NCBI GenBank assembly: GCA_030295235.1
Contig: AP026136.1
Location: forward strand, 682,001-746,000
DNA length: 64,000 nt
Direction of reading: 5' to 3'
DNA from: Fistulifera solaris
Lineage: Eukaryota
Shown here: one piece after another, positions 49,639-61,616 of the stretch
How positions within the stretch are numbered: position 1 is the stretch's first letter
Layout: each line of letters starts with the position of its first letter
The notes under the pieces: model-generated
The model's database searches: none
What the model was told of the DNA's origin: nothing
The model's input: the letters and a program-made list of their open reading frames with translations, nothing else
Made by a program: the position numbers and the translations under genes

Positions 49639-49785
49639 ATTACCCGGAAGATGCGGGAATTATGCCCTAAAATTGTCAGAATCTAATCTTGACATTCGAC
49701 TGAATTTTCCACTTTTCATTCACATATATTTCAGTCTGACACTTCAATGAGTAAGCTTTGGTTCTAACTCCCTAGCCTTAGTGCG

Positions 49786-52450
49786 CTAGTAGAGGGCCAG
49801 TCCCGAGCCCGTTTCCCAATGAGGGGGATTCCGTTTTGGCATTCCTTCTCTTGGATTTCGCAGAAGCATACTAACTGACCTGACCAGGGAAAGACTCATG
49901 CGCGCCCGGATGAAGCCACAGATCTCGGAGTATGGCTTGTTCCACTTCCGCTGAAGTTTTCTTGCAAGCTGTCTCGATGCTGAAATAGCCTGTTGTCCCA
50001 TCATTCCGTCAATGGAAAAGACCAGGGGAGTGAAGTCTCGTCTGCGTTCGTGGCAAGGGGGTCCGTACATGCTACGCTTTTCACGCTCTTGAGAAGCCAG
50101 AACCTTAATCGGGTCACGGTTTCTGTATGACGGTGCGTCGGTATCAGTAACTCGGACATCGAAAATGGTCGTTCGTCTCTCATTCCAAAAGCCATAGGCC
50201 GAAACATCTCCTCGAAGCTCTTGAACCTGTGTACTGTTGTTGCTGTTGCCAAATGTGTGAATGGTAGGCTCATTGCGAACAGATTTGGGTCCAAAGGCTT
50301 GCGTGCAAAGAGACATGAATTCCGCTTTTCAGATCGTCGTGTCTCTGGATAACAAGTCCACCGTTTTTGCATTGTTGTGCATGTTCGACTGTAAACGGTT
50401 TATTGCATCCATCACACTTCTTGGGGAGATCAAGAATTGGGAGTCCTGAGCGAATTCGTAGACTGTCACGGAATTCGTCTTTTGAGAGTTCGGTGTCCGT
50501 GAATGTCTGTGGACGCACCGAGAGCCAAATTCCTGTCAATTTTGCTCGAAGAAGTCTTCGCCTTTCATCTGGTCTTCCAATACAGATTTTGTCAAGCGTT
50601 TGAATTTCGTTTTGAAATCGGATTTTTGCGGCACTGTTTTTCTCTACTGTGGCATGTGAAAGATGCTCTCCAACGTTTAATTCTGTGTTGCTGTATAAAC
50701 TGTTTGAGATGAGTTTCGTGATTTCTTGTGAGGTAGAGAAGTTGTGTTCGCATGTCTTTACCGGGTTCCAAATGCCAATCCCCGCTGCTTTTGTGCTGAG
50801 AGAGAGAATTTCCCGCAAGTCACCCGTGATCGGCTGATCTTCGCCAAGTAGTGCCGGGAGGAATTTCTTCTGGATGCATTTCTCAAGGGGTGCAAAGAGA
50901 TGAGATATTCCAGGAATGACTCGTTGGACGTATTGCCATTCCATTTGGAGTGACCGACAAAAATCCTGAATAGGGCGGCTTGGGGGTATCTTTTGGCGAC
51001 TTCGGAAAGTGTCGTCAGAGTGCTTACCCATTCGTTGATTTTTGCCGTAACCCACTTGTCGCGTTCGACTGATGAGCCAATAAATCCTCCCAAGTATCGA
51101 TGTCCGCGTGTACTGAAACCCATATTTCTCGAGAATGAGCTTGCAGCTTTGTTCGTTGGATTTACGGCATACAACAATACTCTTTTCGGGTTCTGGGAAG
51201 TAACCGCGATCTGGACCAAGTTGCATAAGAATTTGCATTGCCTTGTCAATACTGGACGCTTTACCTGCAAATGCTGCATCGTCGGGCGTGAAAGGTGATA
51301 CAATGTCATCGACTTCGGTGCGAATGGTTTGGGTAATTGGAGCAAGAGCTAGTCCATAAAGGATCATGCTCAAGGGGTCTCCTTGAGCAACTCCTTCTCT
51401 GCTTTGGATCGTCATGGCAAATTCATTTTGTTTCCGAATGAAGAGAGTTGAAGCATGGCGATAGCAATTGAATGCAAATCGAGATCCTTGTGGCCAAAGA
51501 TGGCGGACAGTCCAGAGAAGTGAAAGTCGGCTGATTTCATTAAATGCATTTCGTGCATCAACCAAAAGCATTAATTCGGGGGTCGGATACAAATTCTTCA
51601 ATTAGATCGTCATCAAGGAAATCATCATAATCATAAATCTCTTCTGTATCTTCAACTTCCATTTGAACTTCTAGTGCTGTAGGGTATATATCGTGGCCTT
51701 CCAAGTGAGTGATTTGTTTTTCTGCTGTTGCTTGGCGCGCCTTGATGTATTTCTGGTGCCTTGCATGAACCGCCTTCCATTCCGGACGGTAACCCCACGC
51801 AAAGATTAAGATTTCCACAAACAACGGTCGCGGTGTATCCTGTGACTTTAAGAACCGTTTACCCATAAGTCTTTGGAAGATTTCGCCAACCGCAACAGGC
51901 CGAATTCCTGGCTTTTTGTCTAGAGCAATCAATCTAGCATTCATCAGAGCCCGAATAGCTGCATATGGTGGATTACCATTAGAAATCCATTCCGTCCATT
52001 CTGCCATTTCTTTTCTGAGAGCGTAGGATGCTTTGCCATGAGCAAGAAGCCAATTCTTGAATGTGACAGAATCAATCCCGCTTGGTCCTCCACTTCCGTG
52101 TAGCTTGGTAGCCGTTGTTTCAATGGCATCTGATGAGATTCGGCCGGTATCACTGGTGGGAGGTTGTCATGGTGTTCAAAAGCACTGTGCCCCCCGGGTC
52201 GATCAAGGTCAGGGACTCGCATCTCAGGGTGTTTTTCTTCTAACACGTCTATGACTTTGCGTCCTGTTTTTCATCGATTTCATCAGGGTCAAGTACACCG
52301 CCTTTTTGATGGGTAGTTTTGAGCTGTTGCATTGCTTCTTTTGTTCTTCCTGACTTTAATGTGAGGTCGAATTGTCGTGCCAGCTCTTCCATCGATTCTT
52401 TGCGCTTCCGGGAAGCGCGATGCGCCTTGTGTACAAATTTATTTATGTAT
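49786..52450 (-). mobile_element. Degenerate, probably 5'-truncated CRE-like non-LTR retrotransposon (RT + CCHC knuckle + restriction-like endonuclease)
   Basis: Across frames: GGVL..VLEEKHP, RLIALDKKPGIRPVAVGEIFQRL, LVDARNAFN, GVAQGDPLS, a disrupted (YA)DD site, GYFPEPEKS, RYLGGFIG, CDGC..H..C, RHDDL, RGDV..FDVRVTD..EREK. Many frameshifts. Confidence 0.88.
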
Positions 52451-52767
52451 CGTGTGTAGGCACTCCAGGGAACGGCGTTAAAATTCTGCCTCTTCGTAGA
52501 CGCTACGTAGAATCTTGTACTGGGAGGCAGAATTTTAACGTCCTTCCCTACCAGGTACATTACAATTTTACTAGTAGTGGTAACCTTCACCCTCGAGGAC
52601 CTCTCAACCACGATGATGAAGCCGCAACACGCTCTGTTTGGCAACTGATCACTCGTGTGCTACGAACCTACGTAGTACCTGATGGTTGTTTATCACTCTT
52701 CAGGGTGTCGTGTGCTATTCAAACAAACAAAGTTTAGTAACGAATTTAAGCAGAAGTTATTTCCAGA

Positions 52768-53630
52768 ATGGCTTACAGACGAAAAGGCGTCGGCGTAGGT
52801 CGCTTCAGTGCTGACAGGTAAGTTGCGTTCTCGTTGCTTTTGACTTTTGACTGGATATGGCAGCAGCAGCCGGGTTCTGATTCTTCGCTCACCGCACACT
52901 TGACTCTTATAGACAATTGCAGCAAAAAGCTGATGAGATGAAAGCAGTTTCACTACAATCTGCGATAGACACATGTGAGAAGTTAGAGATCAAGCTTACG
53001 GAGTTTGCGAAAACGCATCGGAACGATATTCGCAACGACCCCGTGTTTCGACAACGCTTTCTCGAAATGTGTGCCCCATTGGGAGTAGATCCCCTGTCAT
53101 CGGACAAAAGCTTTTGGGGAAGTGTCTTGGGCATGGGCGACTTTTATCACGAACTGGCGGTCAAAGTGGCGGAAGTCTGTTCGGCGAGTCGCTCAACGAA
53201 CGGCGGTATCATGAGTGTGAAAGAAGTGCAAGCGATTTTGGCCAAACGAAAGACGCGACTCGGTACGGCCAGCGCTGCGGCGACAGTCAGTGCTTCCGAC
53301 ATTGAAGTGGCAATCAAGAAACTGGGCAAATTGGGAGGAGGATTTCGAACTATTAAAGTTGGAAAATCGACAATGATTGTGTCGGTGCCCAATGAATTAG
53401 ACGGAGATATCATGCGAGTCATGGCGGTGGGAAATGAAATTTCCCATGGGATCACAGTTGATGATATGATCGTTGCGACGCAATGGTCTCGTGAGCGAGT
53501 CGAGCGTGCCGTTCAGCTGCTGCTTCAAGAAGGCATGGCGTGGTTGGATACACATCAAGGAGAAGATTACTACTGGTTCCCATCATCATGGCAAGAAGAG
53601 CGTGCGAAATTAAAAGAACAAGCTACTTAG
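52768..53630 (+). CDS. SNF8: ESCRT-II subunit Vps22/SNF8
   Basis: Exon 1 MAYRRKGVGVG (52768-52817), intron 52818-52912, then FAKTHRNDIRNDPVFRQRFLEMCAPLGVDPL..LGMGDFYHELAV and YWFP. Confidence 0.95.
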
Positions 53631-53669
53631 AATGAATTCATGAATATAGTGCTTGTCACTCTACAGTAT

Positions 53670-54254
53670 CTAAATGGATTTGCAATCAGAGTCATCTGAA
53701 TGACTTTTAAGGTCTAGGGCGCGAGAAATGGACTCGGATGACGTTTCCGCCGTGATATTCACTTGCGCATCTTCCTCATGCACGAAAGGGACGTTCGAAA
53801 GACTTGTAATGCTAACGTAAACCTCGGCGGGAATGTTGTCAGCGTGCGAAAACAAATGAGAACTTTTCGACATGACTGGAATTCGGCTAGAAGATTGATC
53901 AACGGCAGACTTCTTACTGATCTGATGTTTGTTTGTTCCAGGAGGAGGCAGCTGCTTTGCATCAGAGAAGACGGGATTGCTAGACATTTCGCGTGTCTTG
54001 TTAAGCAACAGGAGACTTCGCGGAGTTCTAGGTTGTTTCTTAGGCGTCACAGGAATAGATGATTTGCCTCTCGTCGACAAGGACACATCCGGGGAAAAGG
54101 TGTACTCGGACATTAGTTTTGTCTCGAGATTCTTCAGTTTCTGCTCGCGTTCTTGCAAACGAAGGACTGAACGTTCATAGATTGAAAGGTTTGGGTCGTG
54201 CTTACGTTGCGTCGAAGCGTTCTTATTGGGGGTAACTCTCATGGTGGTCTTCAT
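53670..54254 (-). CDS. Hypothetical low-complexity protein
   Basis: 194-aa ORF with SIYERS..EYTFSP segment; no recognised family. Confidence 0.55.
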   Translation of the reverse strand: MKTTMRVTPNKNASTQRKHDPNLSIYERSVLRLQEREQKLKNLETKLMSEYTFSPDVSLSTRGKSSIPVTPKKQPRTPRSLLLLNKTREMSSNPVFSDAKQLPPPGTNKHQISKKSAVDQSSSRIPVMSKSSHLFSHADNIPAEVYVSITSLSNVPFVHEEDAQVNITAETSSESISRALDLKSHSDDSDCKSI

Positions 54255-54516
54255 CGTCCTTTCGTTCGGCTGCTCGTCGTCAAGAAGTATCGACGACTCT
54301 GAAAATTATGAAGAATTGACTTCTCTAGCAATCACATTTGCTCGACTGTCGAAACACGTCAATCCTCGTGGGACTCGCCGTGATCATTGAAAACACGGTG
54401 CGAAAATCAACCCCGCGTGAACGTGGTAAGAAAGGTGCGCTGCACTGTTTTTCGTAAATGACTTAATCCTAATATACAGCCATTGGTGAGCAAAAATACT
54501 TGTTTGAACTCTATTG

Positions 54517-56782
54517 CTACGAAAATGGTGTGTTTTTGCTTATATCGGCAGCTTCAATGTCGTCGCTCACAAAACCGAACGTTACTTCGCAATCCATTTC
54601 ATGGAGACAAGCGGTCACGGCATCATGCGTTGAAGCGAATATGTTATCCCTGCCTATTTTATCAGCCAAACCGCATATCACCAACATTCGCATCACATTT
54701 TGGTTCGGGTTGGTAATAACGATGCGCTGTCCACGGGATCTGAGATTGTTGTACATATCCTCCAAATTGTAAAGCGCGCTTGTATCAATATGCGCGACCG
54801 GGCTAAAGTCTAAAACGAGATATCTGCTTTGAGTTTCCGATTCGATGTAGCCCTCCCGCAAATATTGCATTATTTTCTCTCTGACATACTCGATGTTTGC
54901 GAAATAAAGACTTCCTTCGATGCGAATAAGTACAACACCATTGTAATGGTCTGCTTCCGGGTATTGTTTGATGTTGATGTAAGCACAAGTACCGGGTAGA
55001 CGACCCAAGACTGCAATGTGTGGATACGCGGAGTGATAGATCACGACAAGCAGTGAAACTGCCACTGCGATCGCAAGGCCAAGTTCTACTCCAATGAATA
55101 GCGTGCCAAAGCATGCGGCTATCCAGACATTGAAGTCGGAACGGTGGACAGTCCATAGGTGCAGAGCTTCTTCAAAATCGACAAGACTCATTACACCAGA
55201 AATAACAATTGAAGCAAGAATACAGAGCGGCATCTTTTCAAACAGTCTCGTCAAAAATAGAAGCACGAGGCTGACCAACGTTGCCGACACAATGCCACTC
55301 ATGCCACTTTGCGCACCGCTATCACTGTTCACAGCGGATCGCGAAAAAGACCCCGTTACCGGATACGAACTAAACATGCTACCCATTAGGTTCTGAATCA
55401 TAAAAATAAGTTGGTTAAATCACTCTGGTAGCAAAAGACGCTCTTAGCTCTGTAACATCACGTACCGACATTCCCAATCCGATTAGTTCTTGCGATGAAT
55501 CAATTTCGTAGTTGTGCTTAGATGCAAGCCGTTTCGCGATGGCAATGCTTTCCATAAACCCCACAAGCGTGATGGAACTGATAAGAGGAATGAGTTTGCT
55601 GGCTTCTTTCACAGGTGTCCAATAGGAGATGGTGAAAGGTGGCAAACCGCCGGGAATTTGACCAACGACAGGAATGGCCTTATTTTCGAGATCAAATGCA
55701 AACGTTAAAATGATAGCGATTGTAGAGGCAATCAGAGGACCAACAGCACGCAATTGCTGAAACCTAGGCGACTTTGTGCTAGCTGTCTTGGCAAATAAAA
55801 GAAAACAGATACTGATCGATCCGAAAAGAAATGTCCGCCAATTGAAGTTATCGATGTTCTTTAACATGTTGAAAATCAGTTCATGAAATCGATCGGTACG
55901 CTCTACATTGTACCCTAAAAGATATTTGACTTGTGACATGCCGATAATGACAGCGGCCCCGGTCGTAAAACCCGATATTACTGCGCGGCTGAGAAATTTT
56001 GTGACAAATCCCATGCGACAGATTCCCAACATAATATAGGTGATGCCCACCAAGAACGATATTTGAACAGCCATCTGATTGTATGTAGCTTGATATTCCG
56101 GGGTACCGGGGCTCAAGTTTGGATAATCTTCCAGAAGGCTCGATAGACCCGTGGAGAGGAGAAGTGATATTATGGCTACGGGTCCCACTGCCAACTGCCG
56201 ACTACTCCCGAAGCAAGCGTAAGCGTAAATCGGGAAAACAGCTGAATACAGACCATACTCTACTGGTAAACCAGCAAGCTTCGCGTAGCTCATACTCTGG
56301 GGGATGATCATGATACCGACGGTAAGTCCAGCTATCAGATCAGTGATGAAATTGGATCGAAAGTCGTACGATTTCAACCACGAGACGATCGGCGTAACAG
56401 TCTCACACCAGTCCGCTACAGAGCAATTCTTTCCACTACTAAAGAAATCCCCAATCACTCGGCGCAGACTCCGACGTTCCGTTTGCAGGTCGAATTGCAT
56501 GTGCGGCACCGCGTGACGACGGTTGGTCAACGCATCGGTCCGGATGAATTCGAGCGCACGACGGTGACTCGACACCACTGGCCGCTTGCGCAAACTATCG
56601 GGTGATACCGAAGCAACCGCAAGTAGCCCCACCGTAGAGGAATAAGAATCATCTTCGTCCATGTGAATATTTCGCGTGGTTCGGCCGTGAAGACTGGACG
56701 ACAATGACAGAGAATCACGCGGACGAGATTTGCGTGTTTTCGTCTCCGCGGGTCCTTCTTCGTTAACGAGGAGGTCGTACAT
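54517..56782 (-). CDS. SulP/SLC26 anion transporter with STAS domain
   Basis: DLIAGLTVGIMIIPQSMSYA, GLYS, FGSSRQLAVGP, SGFTTGAA, QELIGLG, GSFSRSAVN; STAS LYFAN..LDFSPVAHID. Intron 55465-55393. Confidence 0.95.
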
Positions 56783-57394
56783 CGTTTTGACAATGCAGTC
56801 GCTTTGTTGTTGAGCGCTGTAGTGTTTATTGTTGCATCACAACGATATTCTTATGTAATAGAGATGTCAACTTGTGATGCACAACTCCCCCGACTCAAAA
56901 AGCAGGCCAAAGACGGAGAATGTTTGCGAGTCTCATTGGCAACGGAAAGAAATCAGTCGTGGCGAAGTCCGGCCATACTTGGGCCTACTATGCACTGGGA
57001 CAGTTAGTCTAAAAAGGACTGACAAAGCGTGGCGAAGTCTGGCCTTTACTTGGGCTTGCAAATGATGATGTTGAAAATAATAGCTGTATGGTGTTGAAGA
57101 CAATTTCAAAATAATAAAGCGAGCAGAGTGGAGGAAAGCTAGAATGAGCATGGCTTCATAGTTTATAATTTGGCTATTCAAAATTTTCAGTTCGTGACTG
57201 GATAGCAGTCGTGGATTTGTTGATACTACACTTTACAGTATAGTAATCGGGAAAACCGGCGTTATCCAAGCATATATCATGACAAAGCCCAAACATTCAA
57301 TCCAAATGTTCCGGAAAGTAGCATCGTGTTAACGACAAATAAAGCTACCATTATGATGGTGCAAACGGAGACTAAGCAGCAGTCAGAATCCACC

Positions 57395-57613
57395 AATCAT
57401 GATTCATGACTGAAATGCAGTCGTGGCACAGTTCCGTCAACATTTCGGTTGTATAGTGATTCGGAAGACTGAGTTCTGCAACCAAGACTTGGATTGTAAT
57501 AGCTGCTGATTTCATGTGGATAAAGCGAATGAAGCTCATCTTAGAACAAACGGAAGTTCAATAGCAGCCTGGTTGTGCAAAATGATGAATCTTGACTGAA
57601 GTTCAGTCGTAGC
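57395..57613 (-). repeat. Dispersed repeat family, 2 units in reverse orientation (~190-bp period)
   Basis: Reverse complement of the 22-nt core at 57404-57425 and of TTCCGAATCACTAT at 57453-57466; degenerate second core at ~57590-57612. Confidence 0.8.
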
Positions 57614-57708
57614 GAAGTAACGGCTGCATCCTTGGTTACATGATCGATTTGCAGCCAATCAAACGACGGGAACGACCGGCAGGATTTTTGCCGCTACTCC
57701 ATTTTACT

Positions 57709-59732
57709 CTAGCGTGCGCTTTGAGCACCATGCATCACTTGTGCTGTACTGACTACATCATCCAGACAGCTTTTAAGTGACAAAGAAAAGTTCTCTTCTT
57801 TCAAACGAGCAATGCAACGATCGGCGTTGTTTCCGCAAATAATTGCTGTTTCTGCTGCCACGTGCAAAACAATCAAACGTTTCTCTTTCTCAATGTTATC
57901 AGTGGATTCTTTTTCTTCCTGTGAAGACAAGTATACGAGGCAAGCAACTAGCTCACAAATCAGTTTGTTGGCGTGTTTATGCATGATAGGATGAGCAGCC
58001 ACGAGAAGATTAGAAAGAGCCACCACTGCTAAGAGAGGTACTTGATGCCCGTGAACACTGAATTCACTTGTATCCGTCAAACGGACAACGGCGAGCAAGG
58101 CAGACAGCCCCAGACGCCCAATTTCCATCGCATCGGCGTTCTCCTGCTGCACATGATCGTACAAAAACGGAATCACAACAACCAAAAGACCCCACACCAG
58201 CTTTTCATCTGACGTACGGTGTCGGGCAGTATCTAAGATGGTAAACCACTGCTGTGTTGCTTGACGTCTGCGCATTTGCACGTCGGAGCGTTTGCTCTGC
58301 AAAAGTCGTAACAAATGGCGCTGTGCACTGCCAACCATTACGAGCGTGCGTCCATCCCGACAAGTCTTCGCTACAATGTCAAGTGCCGTAAACAGATTTT
58401 CTGCCTGTTCTATCAGTGTTCTGGGGCAATCTCCAGCATTGAAATGAACTTCAGTCATGAAAAGTAAGTGCAGCAACACGATTGATCCTTTGCCGATCGA
58501 GACATCATTGCTTGCTCCCAGAAGCTCGTAACAAATAGGAATGAACTCGGCAATGGTAGACCGTAGGGCTTTGGCGTCGCCTGAATCCTTTACTAGAGCC
58601 AGAAAGGTCAGCACAGCATGCAAGCGGGACGGAATCTTTTCGTAAGGTTTGCTGTTCATTGTATTTTTCTCCCTTTCTTCTTGCTGTTTAGCCGTGGAAA
58701 TGGCTTCGAAGTGTCCAAGATTAAGTTCGTAGCGCGGGGATCGCACTATCTGTTCATTTTTGAAATCGACCATGTCACGTCCAAAAAAGTGAGCGCGCAG
58801 AGCTTTGACGATCTCAACGTATCCTAAATTCAACAAAACCATCGTTTGAATCTTAGCATCTCCCAACTGGTCTACGGCTTCTTCTTGCATGGTACCTCCG
58901 GCGCAGGTCAACAGTAGATACGTCCAAATAGAGGGTATGATTGCCGTCTCCGATTGAGAGTCCATCCAAACACTCCCCGATGATCGGTACACGGCAAAGT
59001 CCATTGGCTCCGCGGCATAATGATCTTCTAAAAACTTCCGGTGGGTGGTGGGGGGTGGCACCAGTATTGAGAAATACGGAAAAGTGTTTCGGGTAGTCGA
59101 GGTTCAATGTCCTGGGGATCGACCAAACATTTCGTGCAGCCAAGTAGTGTACACACCAGTCGACGCATCACTTTTGTCGATAGACGCCCTGGTGAAAGAC
59201 TGCACAGTTTGATTAAACTTTGAATAAAACGCCACATAGTTTTCAATGCCTTGTTTGCCAAAGATTTTTGACCCGTCGATTCTCCCTCTTCGCCATGAAA
59301 CAGAGAAGCGGTAAGAGCTGTAATATCGCTTACCATCAATTCAAGAGAATCTGAGAGATCAGCTTTGTTAATTAGCTTTAACAGTAAGTCATTTTCAGTA
59401 AACCCACTGACGTAGCAACGAAATAATACTTCAAAATGGGTAAGAACCGGAACTCCCGTTGATTTAACACGAAAAGATCCCAAGTCAGATTCACTCAAGT
59501 ACTCGGAACGTATTATCTTTTCGTAGGAATAAATCATTTCAGTAAGCATTGCACATGAGGCTTCAACATCACTCGAGTTTTCCAAAAGCGCACCTAAAAG
59601 GTGCTGAACAACAGGCGGTAAAACCAGTTCCTCTGCTGATTGATCCAACACATCGTAGTCTCGTTCTTCTTCATCCTGGTGAACGGGCTGTCTGTAATGC
59701 TCCACAAGCTGTGTGATTATACTTTCTAACAT
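57709..59732 (-). CDS. Helical-repeat protein, possibly Tti2-like
   Basis: Two ORFs joined by a frameshift in a C run (~59050); all-helical composition. FIPICYELL..KGSIVLLHL and LSNLLVAAHPIMHKH loosely recall Tti2; the family call is tentative. Confidence 0.55.
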
Positions 59733-60121
59733 TATTCGTCTTCAACCTTCGAAGAGATCATCTTGTTAAGTGACTTACTCTGGTCTTCTTTTGTTACTAC
59801 GTTCAAAGTATTGTTTCATTTTTTTGGCGTTGCACGGTACCGCTATGACACTATCCCAAACACAGTAACGAAAGTACTAGTACTTTAGTATTGAGGTCCG
59901 CTGTCTAAAGTCTAAACTGAGTATGTAAAAACTGTCTGGCGTTACGAATTTCGCTCCCGAAACGGTACTGGCAAGAAAAAGATCGCGAGGTGCAGATTCA
60001 CAAGAGCGCAAAAGCGGAAAAAGATCGTTTTCTTCTCCGACTGGCACAACTTCATTGGCCTTCAATCTCGTTCGTTCCAACTGTCAGGATTCGTGAAATA
60101 ATTATCATCTAATTCATCGGA

Positions 60122-61162
60122 ATGGGATTCCTAAGCCGCGCCCTCAAGGAGACTTTCGAGCAGGAAAAGCCCCAGCAATTGCGAGGGGATATCCGCATGA
60201 TCTCCGGATGTTTGGATTCACAGACGAGCGCCGACGTTTCCAACGTCCAGTCCTTTCAACTCCCTGATCCTGCTGGTGAAGCGGGCGGTGCCTGTACCAG
60301 TGCTTTATTGAACATTGTGTACAAGGATCATCACAACACGTCGGCGGATCTTTCGTTCACCGAAGTTCTAAATCAAATGCGATCCATGTTGAAGGCAAAG
60401 AGATACTCTCAGGTTCCTCAGGTAAGATGCCTTTGAAGAGGATCGGAGGTCGATTTTACAATCAAATGTATTGATTGCATTTCTCTCTCTCCCTCTCTCT
60501 CTCTCTTTAAGATGTCGGCTTCTCGAGAAATTGATGTCAACACCAAGTTCGACTTGGTTCCAGAGAACGCCACAGGAACAAAACGAGCTGTGCTAGTGGG
60601 TATCAATTACATCGGTCACTCACAAGGCGTTCTGAGTGGATGTCACAACGACGTTAAGAACATGGTGGACTATATCAAGGACGTACACGGCTTTGAGGAG
60701 CAAAATATTACGGTCATAATGGACGACGGCGAGCACCCGGAACCGACGAAAGCCAATATTGTTGCTGCGTACAAGAAACTGGTAGAGGAGAGCCAGCCTG
60801 GTGACTGCCTCTTCTGTCACTATTCTGGTCACGGTGCCAAGATCAAGGACGATGAACAAGGCGAAGAGAAAGATGGTTATGATGAAGTGTTAGTACCTGT
60901 CGATTACGAGCAGGCTGGCATGATCCGCGACGACGATCTGTTTGATATTCTTATCCGACCCATGCAAGAAGGTGTTTCCTTGTTCTGTTTGATGGACTGC
61001 TGCCATTCCGGAACAGTCATGGATCTCCCTTACATTTTCAAAGCAGACGGTATATTCGAGAACATGGAAATCGATGAGAACTTTGATTTTGAAAAGTTGT
61101 TCAAAAAGGTCGGTGAGGTGGCCGTCCGTGAGCTTGGAAATTATGTCAAAAGAAGTACTTGA
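60122..61162 (+). CDS. Type III metacaspase (p10 before p20)
   Basis: Exon 1 IRMISGCLDSQTSAD..GGACTSAL..SQVPQ (p10); intron 60422-60511; KRAVLVGINY, HYSGHG, DCCHSG (p20). Confidence 0.93.
60482..60506. repeat. (CT)n microsatellite in the metacaspase intron
   Basis: tctctctctccctctctctctctct immediately before the acceptor AG. Confidence 0.8.
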
Positions 61163-61616
61163 AGGACATCTTGTAAGTTTGCAAAGTTGAGTTCACCAGC
61201 AGGTGGCTTCGGAAGCTTGTTTTGACGTCATCGAAGTTCGTTCGCTGTTAATAGCGATAGTAGAGAATGTTTCTGTTGCCTCTATCTTTTTCGGGATTAC
61301 GAAGCTAACAAACCTCTTAGGTAGTTATCTGGCTCGTTCTATACTACTGGTATGTCTCTCGTGGCTCATCCCTCGTCCCTAGCCGATTAGCGAGGCCACT
61401 TCATATCCGAGATTCTGAATCAGGTGCGATTTCACTTTCTACGTGATAGTCCGACTGTCATCGTCAGTCCTTGCGACTTCTCCTTTTCGTTTGTCATCAC
61501 CATCCGCCACATCCGAAGAAAAATTTGCGGCCATGATTATTTTTCTATTGTTGCGGCGAAAAGATGTCAAGGTTTCCATCGCAATAAGCACCTTCAAAAC
61601 GCGAAAATAAACCAAG

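Noticed and set aside
21139..56782. CO2-concentrating gene cluster (alpha-CA-like, theta-CA, SLC26)
   Set aside because: The genes are 8-22 kb apart with many unrelated genes between them, the alpha-CA lacks Zn ligands, and the SLC26 substrate is unknown.
14240..56782. Sulfated-glycan cluster (PAPS transporter, GT92, SulP)
   Set aside because: Widely separated and no sulfotransferase seen.
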